Shown here: positions 1-8,299 of the stretch, in pieces
How the letters are laid out: each line of letters begins with the position of its first letter
Position numbering within the stretch: position 1 is the stretch's first letter
Source of the DNA: a virus
Lineage: Duplodnaviria; Caudoviricetes
Reading direction: 5' to 3' (one strand)
IMG/VR virus record: IMGVR_UViG_3300008120_000130
Location: 1-37,926 of that record
DNA length: 37,926 nt
The notes under the pieces: model-generated
What the model saw: the letters and a program-made list of their open reading frames with translations, nothing else
Databases searched by the model: none
Told to the model about the DNA's origin: nothing
Program-made: the position numbers and the translations under genes

Positions 1-119
1 CGCAAATAAGATTCAAGTTCGCTCTGCAATCCACCCAGAATTATGTCGGCAGCGTCTTCCTGCCGTAGGGACAGGGAGATGTCCATGTATGTCTTAAGTT
101 CAGCAACTGATACAAGCAT
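1..119 (-). CDS. Probable phage head-tail connector/adaptor protein (N-terminal part, runs off the window)
   Basis: Read by hand, absent from the ORF track. ATG at 119 gives MLVSVAELKTYMDISLSLRQEDAADIILGGLQSELESYL, which resembles the N-terminus of gp6/gp15-like connectors. Confidence 0.6.
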   Translation of the reverse strand, partial: MLVSVAELKTYMDISLSLRQEDAADIILGGLQSELESYL

Positions 120-160
120 TTAAAAACCCCCATCCACAAGGTCTGGAGAAGTGGGGATAG

Positions 161-391
161 TTATCCCCGATTGCGCCGAGCGCGCAACCTATCTCGGAGT
201 CGTCGGGCAGCGCGTGCTGCTGCTGATTCGCTCAAAATCTGAGCAGCCGTTGCAGTACGGGCGCGACCAGTTCGTCGGCGGCCCACAGTTTCTCCAGCAA
301 GGTTGATGAGTCGGCGAGCGGTTCCAGCACGACCTTCGTCGCGGCCTTCGTTCTCGTCACCACCAATTTCTGTATCCAGATAGCAAATCAT
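161..391 (-). CDS. Small Arg-rich hypothetical protein
   Basis: 76 aa ORF with GAGGAG RBS upstream; acidic N-terminus and strongly basic C-terminus. Confidence 0.65.
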   Translation of the reverse strand: MICYLDTEIGGDENEGRDEGRAGTARRLINLAGETVGRRRTGRARTATAAQILSESAAARAARRLRDRLRARRNRG

Positions 392-418
392 TGCAACTCC
401 TCAAAAAAGCGATACCAG

Positions 419-427
419 ATTGTAGCA
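419..427 (-). promoter_or_regulatory. Putative extended -10 promoter element (TGcTACAAT)
   Basis: Minus strand reads aagTGcTACAATctgg in the intergenic gap ~30 nt upstream of the ATG at 391. Confidence 0.45.
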
Positions 428-447
428 CTTTTAGAGAGTTTTGAATT

Positions 448-993
448 TTACCTATCCGAATTTGGAGGAGACTCAATATTGGGCGAGTCAACAGTTCCAG
501 CAGGAGCCTCAATTGGAACCCATGCCCTGGAGTACTTATGTTCAGAGATTTTTTTCCGCTTGAGGATTGTTCCGTCCATAAGAATCTCAAGTTCGTCATA
601 TTTCATTGACAGCATCCTGTCAAAGTCTTGTTCCTCATAGGCTCCAGATGCAATCAGTTCTCTGATTATGTCGGAAACCTTGTGGGCCACAAGGGCGCCC
701 CTGCCGCGATTGAGACGCATGTGCATCGCTCTGGCTTCCAGCGAATCACAGTCAACATATTTGACTGGAACGAGCCCATCAAATTTTTTGCTCATGTGCT
801 TATTCTCTTTGACCAGCATCCATCTGTGGTACCCGTCAATAATCGTATTTGTTGATTTTTGCACGATGATTGGAGACATAAACCCGTAGTCCGCAAGAGA
901 ACCAGACAAGACCAAGAGGTCTGGTCTAAGCACATGCGTGGCGTGCCAAGTTGGTTTGTTGAGCACCGATACATCTACCAATTCAATTTCCAT
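448..993 (-). CDS. ParB/Srx-like domain protein (IbrB-like)
   Basis: GFMSPIIV...IIDGYHRW and M.LNRGRG motifs. ATG at 993 follows a GAGG RBS (the ORF track starts at 1005). Lies directly downstream of the PAPS-reductase-like gene. Confidence 0.8.
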   Translation of the reverse strand: MEIELVDVSVLNKPTWHATHVLRPDLLVLSGSLADYGFMSPIIVQKSTNTIIDGYHRWMLVKENKHMSKKFDGLVPVKYVDCDSLEARAMHMRLNRGRGALVAHKVSDIIRELIASGAYEEQDFDRMLSMKYDELEILMDGTILKRKKISEHKYSRAWVPIEAPAGTVDSPNIESPPNSDR

Positions 994-1017
994 AAAATTC
1001 CTCACCCTTATCTGTTT

Positions 1018-2166
1018 TTAATTTCCGTCAATATCTTGACCATCGTCGCCAAGTTCCAATTCACGCATTGTGTGAACTTTTGTTTTTGGTCCTATTGGAC
1101 TCGCTGCTACCGAAGCGCCAAGCGAGCCCATCAACATTGTTCTAATCAATTGATAAATCGTGTACGACTTTGGGTCTGCAAGATGCTTTCTCCTGAACTC
1201 GGCAACATAGGATTTTGCACGGCGTTTTTTGTGGTCGCCAATCATATAATCGTCAATGAAGTAACTCGCTCCATCAAAACCAAGTTTTGCATACCTGTTC
1301 ACGATTAAATCTATATCCACCGAAGACCAGTAAAGTCGTTGAGCATCAATGTACGGGAACACCTCAACAAGCCTGTCGTAGAACTCTGGCTCTGTTGCAA
1401 CAACATCGCCAATGCGGCGAATAGCAACCGAGTGGAGTGGAATACCAACACGACTATTGCTATCCGTGATTGCTGCAACATCGTAGTAAGAGCAATATTC
1501 TGCATTATGTTCTTCGGAAATAAACTTAAACACATCGTTTGTTTGCCAGTCGTAAATCACTTTTGCAAACTTAAGGGGTATCCCTTTTTTGTTTTTATAA
1601 GGGGTAACAATGTAGTTTTCGTGCAACTTTTGCACCAGAGAGCGATAACGAATCATTGACTCGTTTGCCCTAACGCCAGTAATAAAGGCAACGCTTCCCT
1701 GCTTGCCCTGCATCGTGTAGTAGTCAACAGATTCTGGTAATGGCTTTGAAGCATCTAGCCCAAAATGTTCAGCCCTGATTGCCCATGATGGCATTGGCCT
1801 GATGAGCCGTCCTTCTCGTTCGCGTTTTTGACTCCACAAAATTGCTGACTGGCGCCGTCCCAAAACCCAAATTTCAGTTCCATATGGAAGGCAGTACCAC
1901 TCCATATCAACCCAGTCATAGTTCCTGACACGCTCAATGTATTCAACCGTTCTTGGGCTAACCATTTCTTCGTCACGGAAAATCACTTTTACTGGACCAA
2001 GACCACGCTCTTCATGTACTTCTTTTGCAAGATAAAGAACGGCTGTTGAATCCTTGCCGCCAGAAAACTGAACGCAAACAGTGTCAAAGGTGTCGTAGAC
2101 ATGGCGAATGCGGGCACGCGCTGCTTCAACGCAGTCCATGTCAAGGAACAGTCGTTGGCGTGTCAC
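1018..2166 (-). CDS. PAPS reductase-like PP-loop protein (IbrA-like)
   Basis: FSGGKDS PP-loop, F.DEE, GVRANES..R and IYDW...DV motifs; GTG start overlaps the upstream TAG. Confidence 0.85.
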   Translation of the reverse strand: MTRQRLFLDMDCVEAARARIRHVYDTFDTVCVQFSGGKDSTAVLYLAKEVHEERGLGPVKVIFRDEEMVSPRTVEYIERVRNYDWVDMEWYCLPYGTEIWVLGRRQSAILWSQKREREGRLIRPMPSWAIRAEHFGLDASKPLPESVDYYTMQGKQGSVAFITGVRANESMIRYRSLVQKLHENYIVTPYKNKKGIPLKFAKVIYDWQTNDVFKFISEEHNAEYCSYYDVAAITDSNSRVGIPLHSVAIRRIGDVVATEPEFYDRLVEVFPYIDAQRLYWSSVDIDLIVNRYAKLGFDGASYFIDDYMIGDHKKRRAKSYVAEFRRKHLADPKSYTIYQLIRTMLMGSLGASVAASPIGPKTKVHTMRELELGDDGQDIDGN

Positions 2167-2966
2167 TAGACCTCGCAGTGTTCGTCAATGAAATTCATTA
2201 AACGCTCTGCTGTCGTATTCCCATCAATTGATGGATTACTACGCAACCAACGCACAAAGTTGTACCAGCGGCTCTGTTGTTCAGGTGTGTCAAACACAAT
2301 CGTGTACTGGACAATCGCCTGTGGAGCGGCATTTGGCATAGCAGCAGCAGCGCCTTTGATTGCGATTTCTTTTTGGTCGTGATTTGGGTTGGCGACTATC
2401 TTTGATTCCTCATTTTCATCAACCTCAACCAGTGAGCGCAATTCTTCTTTGTACTCTTCCTGCTGCTGTGTCGTAAGTGGATTAACAATTGTTGGCGCGA
2501 TGTAGGCACCACCAGTTGCATTTTCAACTTCGCGAATTGTTGCTCGCTCATCAATTGCGGCAATCTCAAATTCGTCCCAGCCAAGGTTGTCCCACAGCGT
2601 TATGTAGTCATCGGAGACGGTAGAGAGCAGATTGTTGAGCAAGTCATCATCTGTGTAACCAAGTTCCATTGTTCTGTTGTCGGCAAGAGCATAAGCAATT
2701 GCGCGCTTATCGTCACCCTCAAGAAAGATGCAGGCAATCTTGTCCCAACCCAAACGCTTTGCGGCTTGGAGTTGATGGTTGCCAGCAATAACGGTCATTG
2801 TTCCATCGCCATTTTTACGAGCAACAATTGGCTTGACCTGCCCAAATTCTTCATATGAAGCCGCAATTGCGTCAATGTCACCTTTGCGCGGGTTGCCCTC
2901 AAGTTGTTCAAGGCTATTGATGTCAACGGCCAGGGATTTAAGAGATTCGTGAATTCCGTTTTTCAT
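2166..2966 (-). CDS. ParB-like N-terminal domain protein
   Basis: NPRKGD..AIAAS.EEFGQ.KPIV...IAGNH.LQAA..LGW...ALADNR. Confidence 0.85.
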   Translation of the reverse strand: MKNGIHESLKSLAVDINSLEQLEGNPRKGDIDAIAASYEEFGQVKPIVARKNGDGTMTVIAGNHQLQAAKRLGWDKIACIFLEGDDKRAIAYALADNRTMELGYTDDDLLNNLLSTVSDDYITLWDNLGWDEFEIAAIDERATIREVENATGGAYIAPTIVNPLTTQQQEEYKEELRSLVEVDENEESKIVANPNHDQKEIAIKGAAAAMPNAAPQAIVQYTIVFDTPEQQSRWYNFVRWLRSNPSIDGNTTAERLMNFIDEHCEV

Positions 2967-3301
2967 ACCTGTACTCTCACATTTGCGTTAAGTGTTCGCA
3001 GTGAGTCCATTGAGGTTCTCACTGATAGGAGTTTTTCTCGTTTTGCTTTTACGAGTGCTTCGGCGATTTTGTAGTCATAATCAAAATCGCTCATCTTGTA
3101 GTCAGCCCACGCTTCGCGCTCTTTGATTGAACCCTTTGCTGAAAGGTATTCTTTTGCCCAGTTGGCGTTATAAAGCGCTTCCTTTTTTGCTGCATCTTCT
3201 GCAAGTTTTTCAAATGCTTCGGTTTCTTCTTCAAGCATGTCCATGAGTCTAAGAAGTTCGTTTTCAATTTCTACCTGACTGATAGGTCCACTTCTAGCCA
3301 T
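2963..3301 (-). CDS. Hypothetical helical/coiled-coil protein
   Basis: 112 aa, tightly coupled to both neighbours, heptad-like E/K/A/L pattern. Confidence 0.7.
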   Translation of the reverse strand: MARSGPISQVEIENELLRLMDMLEEETEAFEKLAEDAAKKEALYNANWAKEYLSAKGSIKEREAWADYKMSDFDYDYKIAEALVKAKREKLLSVRTSMDSLRTLNANVRVQV

Positions 3302-3302
3302 G

Positions 3303-3842
3303 TTATTTACCCTTTTCTAGTGCACTGAATAGTGGTTCCCAATCTACCTTGGTCAGTGCTGAAAGTTGTTCATCCGACCATTTATATGGAGATTCATCTA
3401 GCCGAGCCAAAACCATTTGCTCCAGAACCCACGCATCACACATGTCGTCGGCGGATGGGCCAGTAAAATTTATGCCAGATATTGCAAACACGGAAAACAA
3501 AACTTCCTTTTTCCCAGCATTGCCTTTTCCAGTGGCAAACTTGGCACGGCAGGTTGGGGGGACATCAATAATTGGGAATCCATTTTTAACCAAGACGGAT
3601 TTAACCACTCCGCCAAGTTCGCCAATTGCATGAGCCCTGCTGAACTTTGAGCCAAAAGAATACCCCTCTATTAGGATTGCCGTTGGCCTTGACGACATGG
3701 CGAGTTCAAGTACCTTTTCAGAAATTTCAATCAGCCTTGCAGTCCCTTTTTGCTTTGAGGCAATAGCCATAGACTCGCCACCAACGCAAACACCAGTTGA
3801 TGTAAGGGACAGGTCAATTCCCATAAATCTTAAAGTGCTCAT
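3303..3842 (-). CDS. RuvC-like Holliday junction resolvase
   Basis: MGIDLSLTSTG, IEGYS, ELGG, KFATGKGNA.K and D.CDA acidic motifs. Confidence 0.85.
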   Translation of the reverse strand: MSTLRFMGIDLSLTSTGVCVGGESMAIASKQKGTARLIEISEKVLELAMSSRPTAILIEGYSFGSKFSRAHAIGELGGVVKSVLVKNGFPIIDVPPTCRAKFATGKGNAGKKEVLFSVFAISGINFTGPSADDMCDAWVLEQMVLARLDESPYKWSDEQLSALTKVDWEPLFSALEKGK

Positions 3843-3879
3843 AAGACGAGACTACTACGCAAACCCAATAAATACGGGT

Positions 3880-3932
3880 AAAAAATAAAAGACGCAAGAA
3901 CAGGGTAAGTCTCCCTACCCTGTCCTTGCGCC
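3880..3932 (-). terminator. Rho-independent terminator
   Basis: Minus-strand RNA GGCGCAAGGACAGGGUA-8 nt loop-UACCCUGUUCUUGCGUC-UUUUAUUUUUU: a 17-bp stem with two G-U pairs plus a U tract, 28 nt after the HNH stop. Confidence 0.8.
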
Positions 3933-3960
3933 TATAACGGTCCTAAGGATTACAAGTTTA

Positions 3961-4266
3961 CTACCGTTCCCAGCCGTGCTTTGCAAGTCCTAAATCAAAA
4001 GCAAGTTGTGGATAATTTCCTATCCTGTTATGACAGGGTCTGCAAACTGCAAGCAAATTATTTTCATCAAGTATTGAACCACCTTGTGAACGGCGGACTA
4101 ACTCATGTATGTCAACAGAACGATTTTGATTAAACAAAGTTTTTTCGTCATATGTAGCAAACACTTTACATGCTTGACAGTATGGATACTTTTCTAGCAA
4201 AGCCTTAACTAGTGGTCGGCGAAGTTCGTACTCCGCTTCCTTCTTTTTGCTTCGCTTCCTAATCAC
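3961..4266 (-). CDS. HNH endonuclease
   Basis: CQAC...D.HE...RSQGGS..DENNL.AVCRPCH; GTG start. Confidence 0.85.
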   Translation of the reverse strand: MIRKRSKKKEAEYELRRPLVKALLEKYPYCQACKVFATYDEKTLFNQNRSVDIHELVRRSQGGSILDENNLLAVCRPCHNRIGNYPQLAFDLGLAKHGWER

Positions 4267-4790
4267 TAGATTCCGTCAATTGATTCAAATGTCCAGCGAT
4301 TATCAAGCGCGTCCCACAGCGCCCTGTCTATTGCTGTTTCTTCAAGGTCATATTCGTACAAAAGGTCTTTGTGCTTCATGATTGCTTTGCGAAAGAATTC
4401 TGCTTGAGCAGCATCGTTTTGAGCCATTGCTTGAATGTGGTCGTCGCTTCCAGTGTCAATAAGTTTTGTGACTTCGTCAAGTCGCCTATTGACATGAAAC
4501 ATAAACCGTTCAATTTTTGTTCTGCGCAAGGAGTACGCAAGTTCTGCTTCTTGTGCCAAAACAACACCATCTTCCCCGAGTGCTTCGTACCGCTCCTTGT
4601 CTGCTTCAGCATCAGAATCAATATCGTCAATCTGAGACTGCAAGTTGTCAATTAGAAGCAAGAGCGCCTTTTGCCACCTGGCCCAATTTCTGGACTCCAA
4701 CAAAATTTTTCGTTGTTGCGCAGAAATTTTATTCTTTACATCCTCTGACACGAGGCGCGCAAATGCATCGTCGTTTAGCAATGAACTCAT
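4266..4790 (-). CDS. Hypothetical protein
   Basis: 174 aa helical ORF packed within the operon, stop overlaps the next start. Confidence 0.7.
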   Translation of the reverse strand: MSSLLNDDAFARLVSEDVKNKISAQQRKILLESRNWARWQKALLLLIDNLQSQIDDIDSDAEADKERYEALGEDGVVLAQEAELAYSLRRTKIERFMFHVNRRLDEVTKLIDTGSDDHIQAMAQNDAAQAEFFRKAIMKHKDLLYEYDLEETAIDRALWDALDNRWTFESIDGI

Positions 4791-4797
4791 AAATAAA

Positions 4798-5580
4798 TTA
4801 CTTTCTACTCCATGCTGGACAAATTGATTTGTAAGAACAATAATCGCACAGTTTTGATTTTATTGGTTCAAAAGAACCGCTCACACAGCGTTCATCAATT
4901 TTCTCTTTGATTCCAACAACCCTGTCAACCGTGTTTTTAAGCGACTCATCCGTTACCTGTTCAGTGAATTTGACACCATCTTTTAGGTATAGCAATTCAA
5001 GTTGCGATGCCTTGAACAAAGAAGTCAGATTCATTAGGGCAGCGTAAATTCGCAACTGTTCAAACTTTCCAGAAACCCAATTCTTATTTGGCGTTCTGCC
5101 AGTTTTATAATCAGAAATCACCAAGCCGCCATCAGCGTCGTTGCTAAATCTGTCAATGAAGCCTTTCAGCGTTACGCCACCGAGAGAGTCGTTCAGTTCG
5201 TGCTCAATCCCAGCAGGAACGACTTTTGATGGGTCTTCAATAAGCCACAAATTCTCAATGCAAAACCATGATTGCCAGCGAATCTTTTTTATTTCGTCAG
5301 CACGACGAACGACAACTGCAATCTTGTCGCCCCACTCCTTGTTCCAACACTCAGCGGCTAAATACCTAGCGGCTTGAAGCGTTCTGTCAGCAGGTGGCAA
5401 TTTGTAGAACAACTCCAAAACATCATGAACAAAATTGCCCATCAATGCTTCTTTTCCAGATTCATCTGGAATGTTGTCTATCTTCCCGTACTTGAACTTC
5501 AGCGGGCATTGCTCAAATGTCGCCAAAGAGGAAGGAGAAAGATGCGGTGGTGGTTTTAGGTCTTTATTTTCCAGATTCAA
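4798..5580 (-). CDS. PD-(D/E)XK exonuclease (RecB/Cas4-like)
   Basis: LSPSS...F.QCP, G..VH..LE, E, GFIDR, DYKTG, QL.IYA and C-terminal C..C..C. Confidence 0.88.
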   Translation of the reverse strand: MNLENKDLKPPPHLSPSSLATFEQCPLKFKYGKIDNIPDESGKEALMGNFVHDVLELFYKLPPADRTLQAARYLAAECWNKEWGDKIAVVVRRADEIKKIRWQSWFCIENLWLIEDPSKVVPAGIEHELNDSLGGVTLKGFIDRFSNDADGGLVISDYKTGRTPNKNWVSGKFEQLRIYAALMNLTSLFKASQLELLYLKDGVKFTEQVTDESLKNTVDRVVGIKEKIDERCVSGSFEPIKSKLCDYCSYKSICPAWSRK

Positions 5581-6229
5581 CTACTTCGCCCTTCAATTTG
5601 ATTTGGGCTAATTTTGTGTAGAGGAAGTCAAGAATTTCTTGTGTTGCATCTTTTGCACTGGTTGGCTTCGGCTTGTCGCCATACTCCTGCTTCCAGTATT
5701 CGCCAAGCCTGTCACGCTCATCTTTCGTCAACTTCTTGGAAGCATCCTTGAAGTCTTCCCATCGTTGCTCGTGTTCTGAGAGCGGAACATTTGATGCGTC
5801 AATTACTTGCTCAATCTCAATTGCATCTTCACTACGAGCAAGGTAAAGACCAACGCCGAGCGTTTGTGCTGCTTTCTTGAGAGCGTCAGATATTGCGCCC
5901 TTGAATTCATCGCCAAGGTCAACAATTTGGCCTTGCTTGGTGCGCTTGATTTTCTGTCCACCAAATCCATCGCGAGTAACGATGTTGAAGTCTTCTCCCA
6001 CCGTCGGAATCCACTCAAGGCGAACATGAGCAACAACGAAATCTGGGTCTGATGCGTCGCGTTCACAACGAACAATCTTGAATGACCATTTGTCCACGCC
6101 AAGCACTTTGTTTAAACGAGTAATCACTTCGCTGACTGGAATGTATGTGAGAGCGGTTCCACCCTTGTTGAGAATCTTTTCCATTTCCCGTGGGAATGGT
6201 TCTGTGAGTTGTGGGTAAATGTCGTTCAT
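5564..6229 (-). CDS. Rad52/Rad22 (Sak-like) single-strand annealing protein
   Basis: L..PFP, LTYI...EVI.RLN.VLG...W, K.A.SDALKKAA..LGVGLYL. Confidence 0.85.
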   Translation of the reverse strand: MNDIYPQLTEPFPREMEKILNKGGTALTYIPVSEVITRLNKVLGVDKWSFKIVRCERDASDPDFVVAHVRLEWIPTVGEDFNIVTRDGFGGQKIKRTKQGQIVDLGDEFKGAISDALKKAAQTLGVGLYLARSEDAIEIEQVIDASNVPLSEHEQRWEDFKDASKKLTKDERDRLGEYWKQEYGDKPKPTSAKDATQEILDFLYTKLAQIKLKGEVVESGK

Positions 6230-6720
6230 TACTTTGCCTCTCTAATGATGATGCTGGTTTTGTAATCGCCCTGTTCGCAGTACGAGTCAGGGTTAACTCC
6301 AATTTCGCCGAGTTTCCCAACTCGCCAATAAGAAACTGCTGCATAGTCAAGCAACTTGACGACCATGTCCTGTGCGCTCATGACAACTTCACCAGTATCC
6401 ATGTCAACCGACATTTCCGAAAGTCGCTCAGCAACGCGAGTCGCGAGTTCAGGGTGACGCCACTTCTTTCTGTCAGCGGCTGTCTTCTTTTCAATTGTGA
6501 TTCCGCTTGCGGTCTCAATCATTCCGCTAGAACCCATGAGGTTTCCAACACCGTGCGCAAACGAATCGTAGATAACAGAAAGTTCACGCTTTGCAAAGTT
6601 CAATTTTGCAAGACCCTCTGCCGCTTCGTCAATGTCTGGGTTTGAGTCAATGTACTCAGTGAGTTCTTTGTTCAAGTTGGATAATGCCGAAGCAAAATCC
6701 TCCAGTGATTTGATAGTCAT
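6229..6720 (-). CDS. Hypothetical phage protein
   Basis: 163 aa, GAGG RBS, VDMDTGEV and YWRVG motifs, TAATG coupling to the annealase. Confidence 0.7.
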   Translation of the reverse strand: MTIKSLEDFASALSNLNKELTEYIDSNPDIDEAAEGLAKLNFAKRELSVIYDSFAHGVGNLMGSSGMIETASGITIEKKTAADRKKWRHPELATRVAERLSEMSVDMDTGEVVMSAQDMVVKLLDYAAVSYWRVGKLGEIGVNPDSYCEQGDYKTSIIIREAK

Positions 6721-6754
6721 ATATGTCCTCGCTTAAGGTATTAGTAATAATTAC

Positions 6755-8059
6755 CTAGACGACGATACTGACTCTTTTCCTCTGCGGCAACCCCAATCCT
6801 GTCAAATGTGTAAATGCTCCCACGGCGGAGTCAACTTGGTCGTCGTGGTTGGTGGATTCTGGGAATGAGGACAATTCGTCCATCCAGTCGCTTAGCCATG
6901 CTCCACGCACAACCCTGACATTTCCGTTAGCAACGGCTGCTGCAAAAGGTCTAGCCCTAGTCACCTTGTCGCCTGTGGAGCGAACCGCACCGAAGTCGTA
7001 GCCTGGAACCACATATCTGGCGTACTGGTCCATGAGGGCTTTGCCAGATGAGCCTGGCTCCTGCTCCATTCGGATTGGCACTAATTTCCCATCCTCATAG
7101 GCGGTCTGAGCAATGAACTGCTCAACCTTTTCGTTTTTGACACGGGCTTTCTTGACATCAAGGATGTATGCAATTCCTTGGTCAAACATCATCAATGTTC
7201 CGACCGTCCAGTCTGGGTCTGGCGTGGCGGCATTTGGCTCTGTTGCTGCAAGGTCCCAGAATCTCACGACTCTTGCCGAAGATGTGATTGGCGGTATTTC
7301 TTCATTATCAATAATAACTATTGATGTTCGCTCAAACATGCTTCCGAGGGTCGTTGACCACCAGTCACCCTCTTCAAGACGGCGTCGTTCAACAGGGTCA
7401 AGGGCTGATAGAGCCTGACGGTATGAAATAGCGTCAATTCCAGGGTTGTCGGTCAGTCGCGACGGAACAAAGATTCGCCCTTTTTCTTGTCCCTCAACAA
7501 TAAATCTTTGACGCACCCAGTTTGGGGCAGGGTTAGATGCGCACCTCATTCGCAGTGGAACCTCGGATAATGGGCCACTGTTCGGGCGGCGGAGACGGGA
7601 GAACATGTACCTGTAGTCGTTTTCTCGTATTTCCGTAACCTCATCCATTCCGATGAATTGGAACTCGGAGCCCTTGTAACGGAGATAGTCGCCAGTGTTA
7701 TTCAGATAACCAAACGAAATTCTGGCTCCAGAAGGGAAGGTCGCGACGAAACTGTTGTTATTCCAGTGGATGTCGTCGTGTGGACTCACCCATGTCTTAA
7801 AGCGGTCCATGAGCGCTCCAGGGAGCGATAAGTCAGCGAATGTGCGACGGAAGAGAATCGCAGAATAATTAGGAACATCTACATACTGGAGTGCAGACAT
7901 GAGAAGAGCAGATGACTTTCCACCACCAGCGGCACCACCAAACAGTGCCTCAAGTGAGTAAGTTCTTAGAAAAACTCGTTGATTTATTGACGGAGCCTCT
8001 GGTACATAGAGGGGCTCCTTCGGCTGCAAATACTCTAAAACTTTCGCCCAATTAGTCAC
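6755..8059 (-). CDS. terL: Terminase large subunit
   Basis: Walker A GGAAGGGKS, Walker B IGMDE, ASNP, nuclease WDLA...D.TVG and FP...HDDQVD. GTG at 8059 follows GGAG (the ORF track starts at 8074). Confidence 0.93.
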   Translation of the reverse strand: MTNWAKVLEYLQPKEPLYVPEAPSINQRVFLRTYSLEALFGGAAGGGKSSALLMSALQYVDVPNYSAILFRRTFADLSLPGALMDRFKTWVSPHDDIHWNNNSFVATFPSGARISFGYLNNTGDYLRYKGSEFQFIGMDEVTEIRENDYRYMFSRLRRPNSGPLSEVPLRMRCASNPAPNWVRQRFIVEGQEKGRIFVPSRLTDNPGIDAISYRQALSALDPVERRRLEEGDWWSTTLGSMFERTSIVIIDNEEIPPITSSARVVRFWDLAATEPNAATPDPDWTVGTLMMFDQGIAYILDVKKARVKNEKVEQFIAQTAYEDGKLVPIRMEQEPGSSGKALMDQYARYVVPGYDFGAVRSTGDKVTRARPFAAAVANGNVRVVRGAWLSDWMDELSSFPESTNHDDQVDSAVGAFTHLTGLGLPQRKRVSIVV

Positions 8060-8114
8060 ATTCGTCTCCAACAAGTTCTATCGTATGTCACAATTGTGCG
8101 CTAGGTTGTACACG

Positions 8115-8294
8115 ATGAAAAAAATATTCAAGGCAATTGGTTCAAAGTTCACTAGACCAACCTTCGCGAATTTACTGATGGCATCATTTATACTATTTAC
8201 AGCGATTGGAGGATTTCTCATAGCACCACCAATCGGATTCCTGGTAGCAGGTTTGACATGCGGCATATTCGGATACATATTGGGCGCTGAGTAA
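8115..8294 (+). CDS. Small membrane protein preceding portal
   Basis: Basic N-terminus followed by two hydrophobic segments; start at 8115 or 8085. Confidence 0.65.
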   Translation: MKKIFKAIGSKFTRPTFANLLMASFILFTAIGGFLIAPPIGFLVAGLTCGIFGYILGAE

Positions 8295-8299
8295 GAATT

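Noticed and set aside
4798-5580. Cas4-like nuclease as evidence of a CRISPR-Cas locus
   Set aside because: No repeat-spacer array or other cas genes are present. Its position beside a Rad52-like annealase indicates a phage recombination exonuclease.
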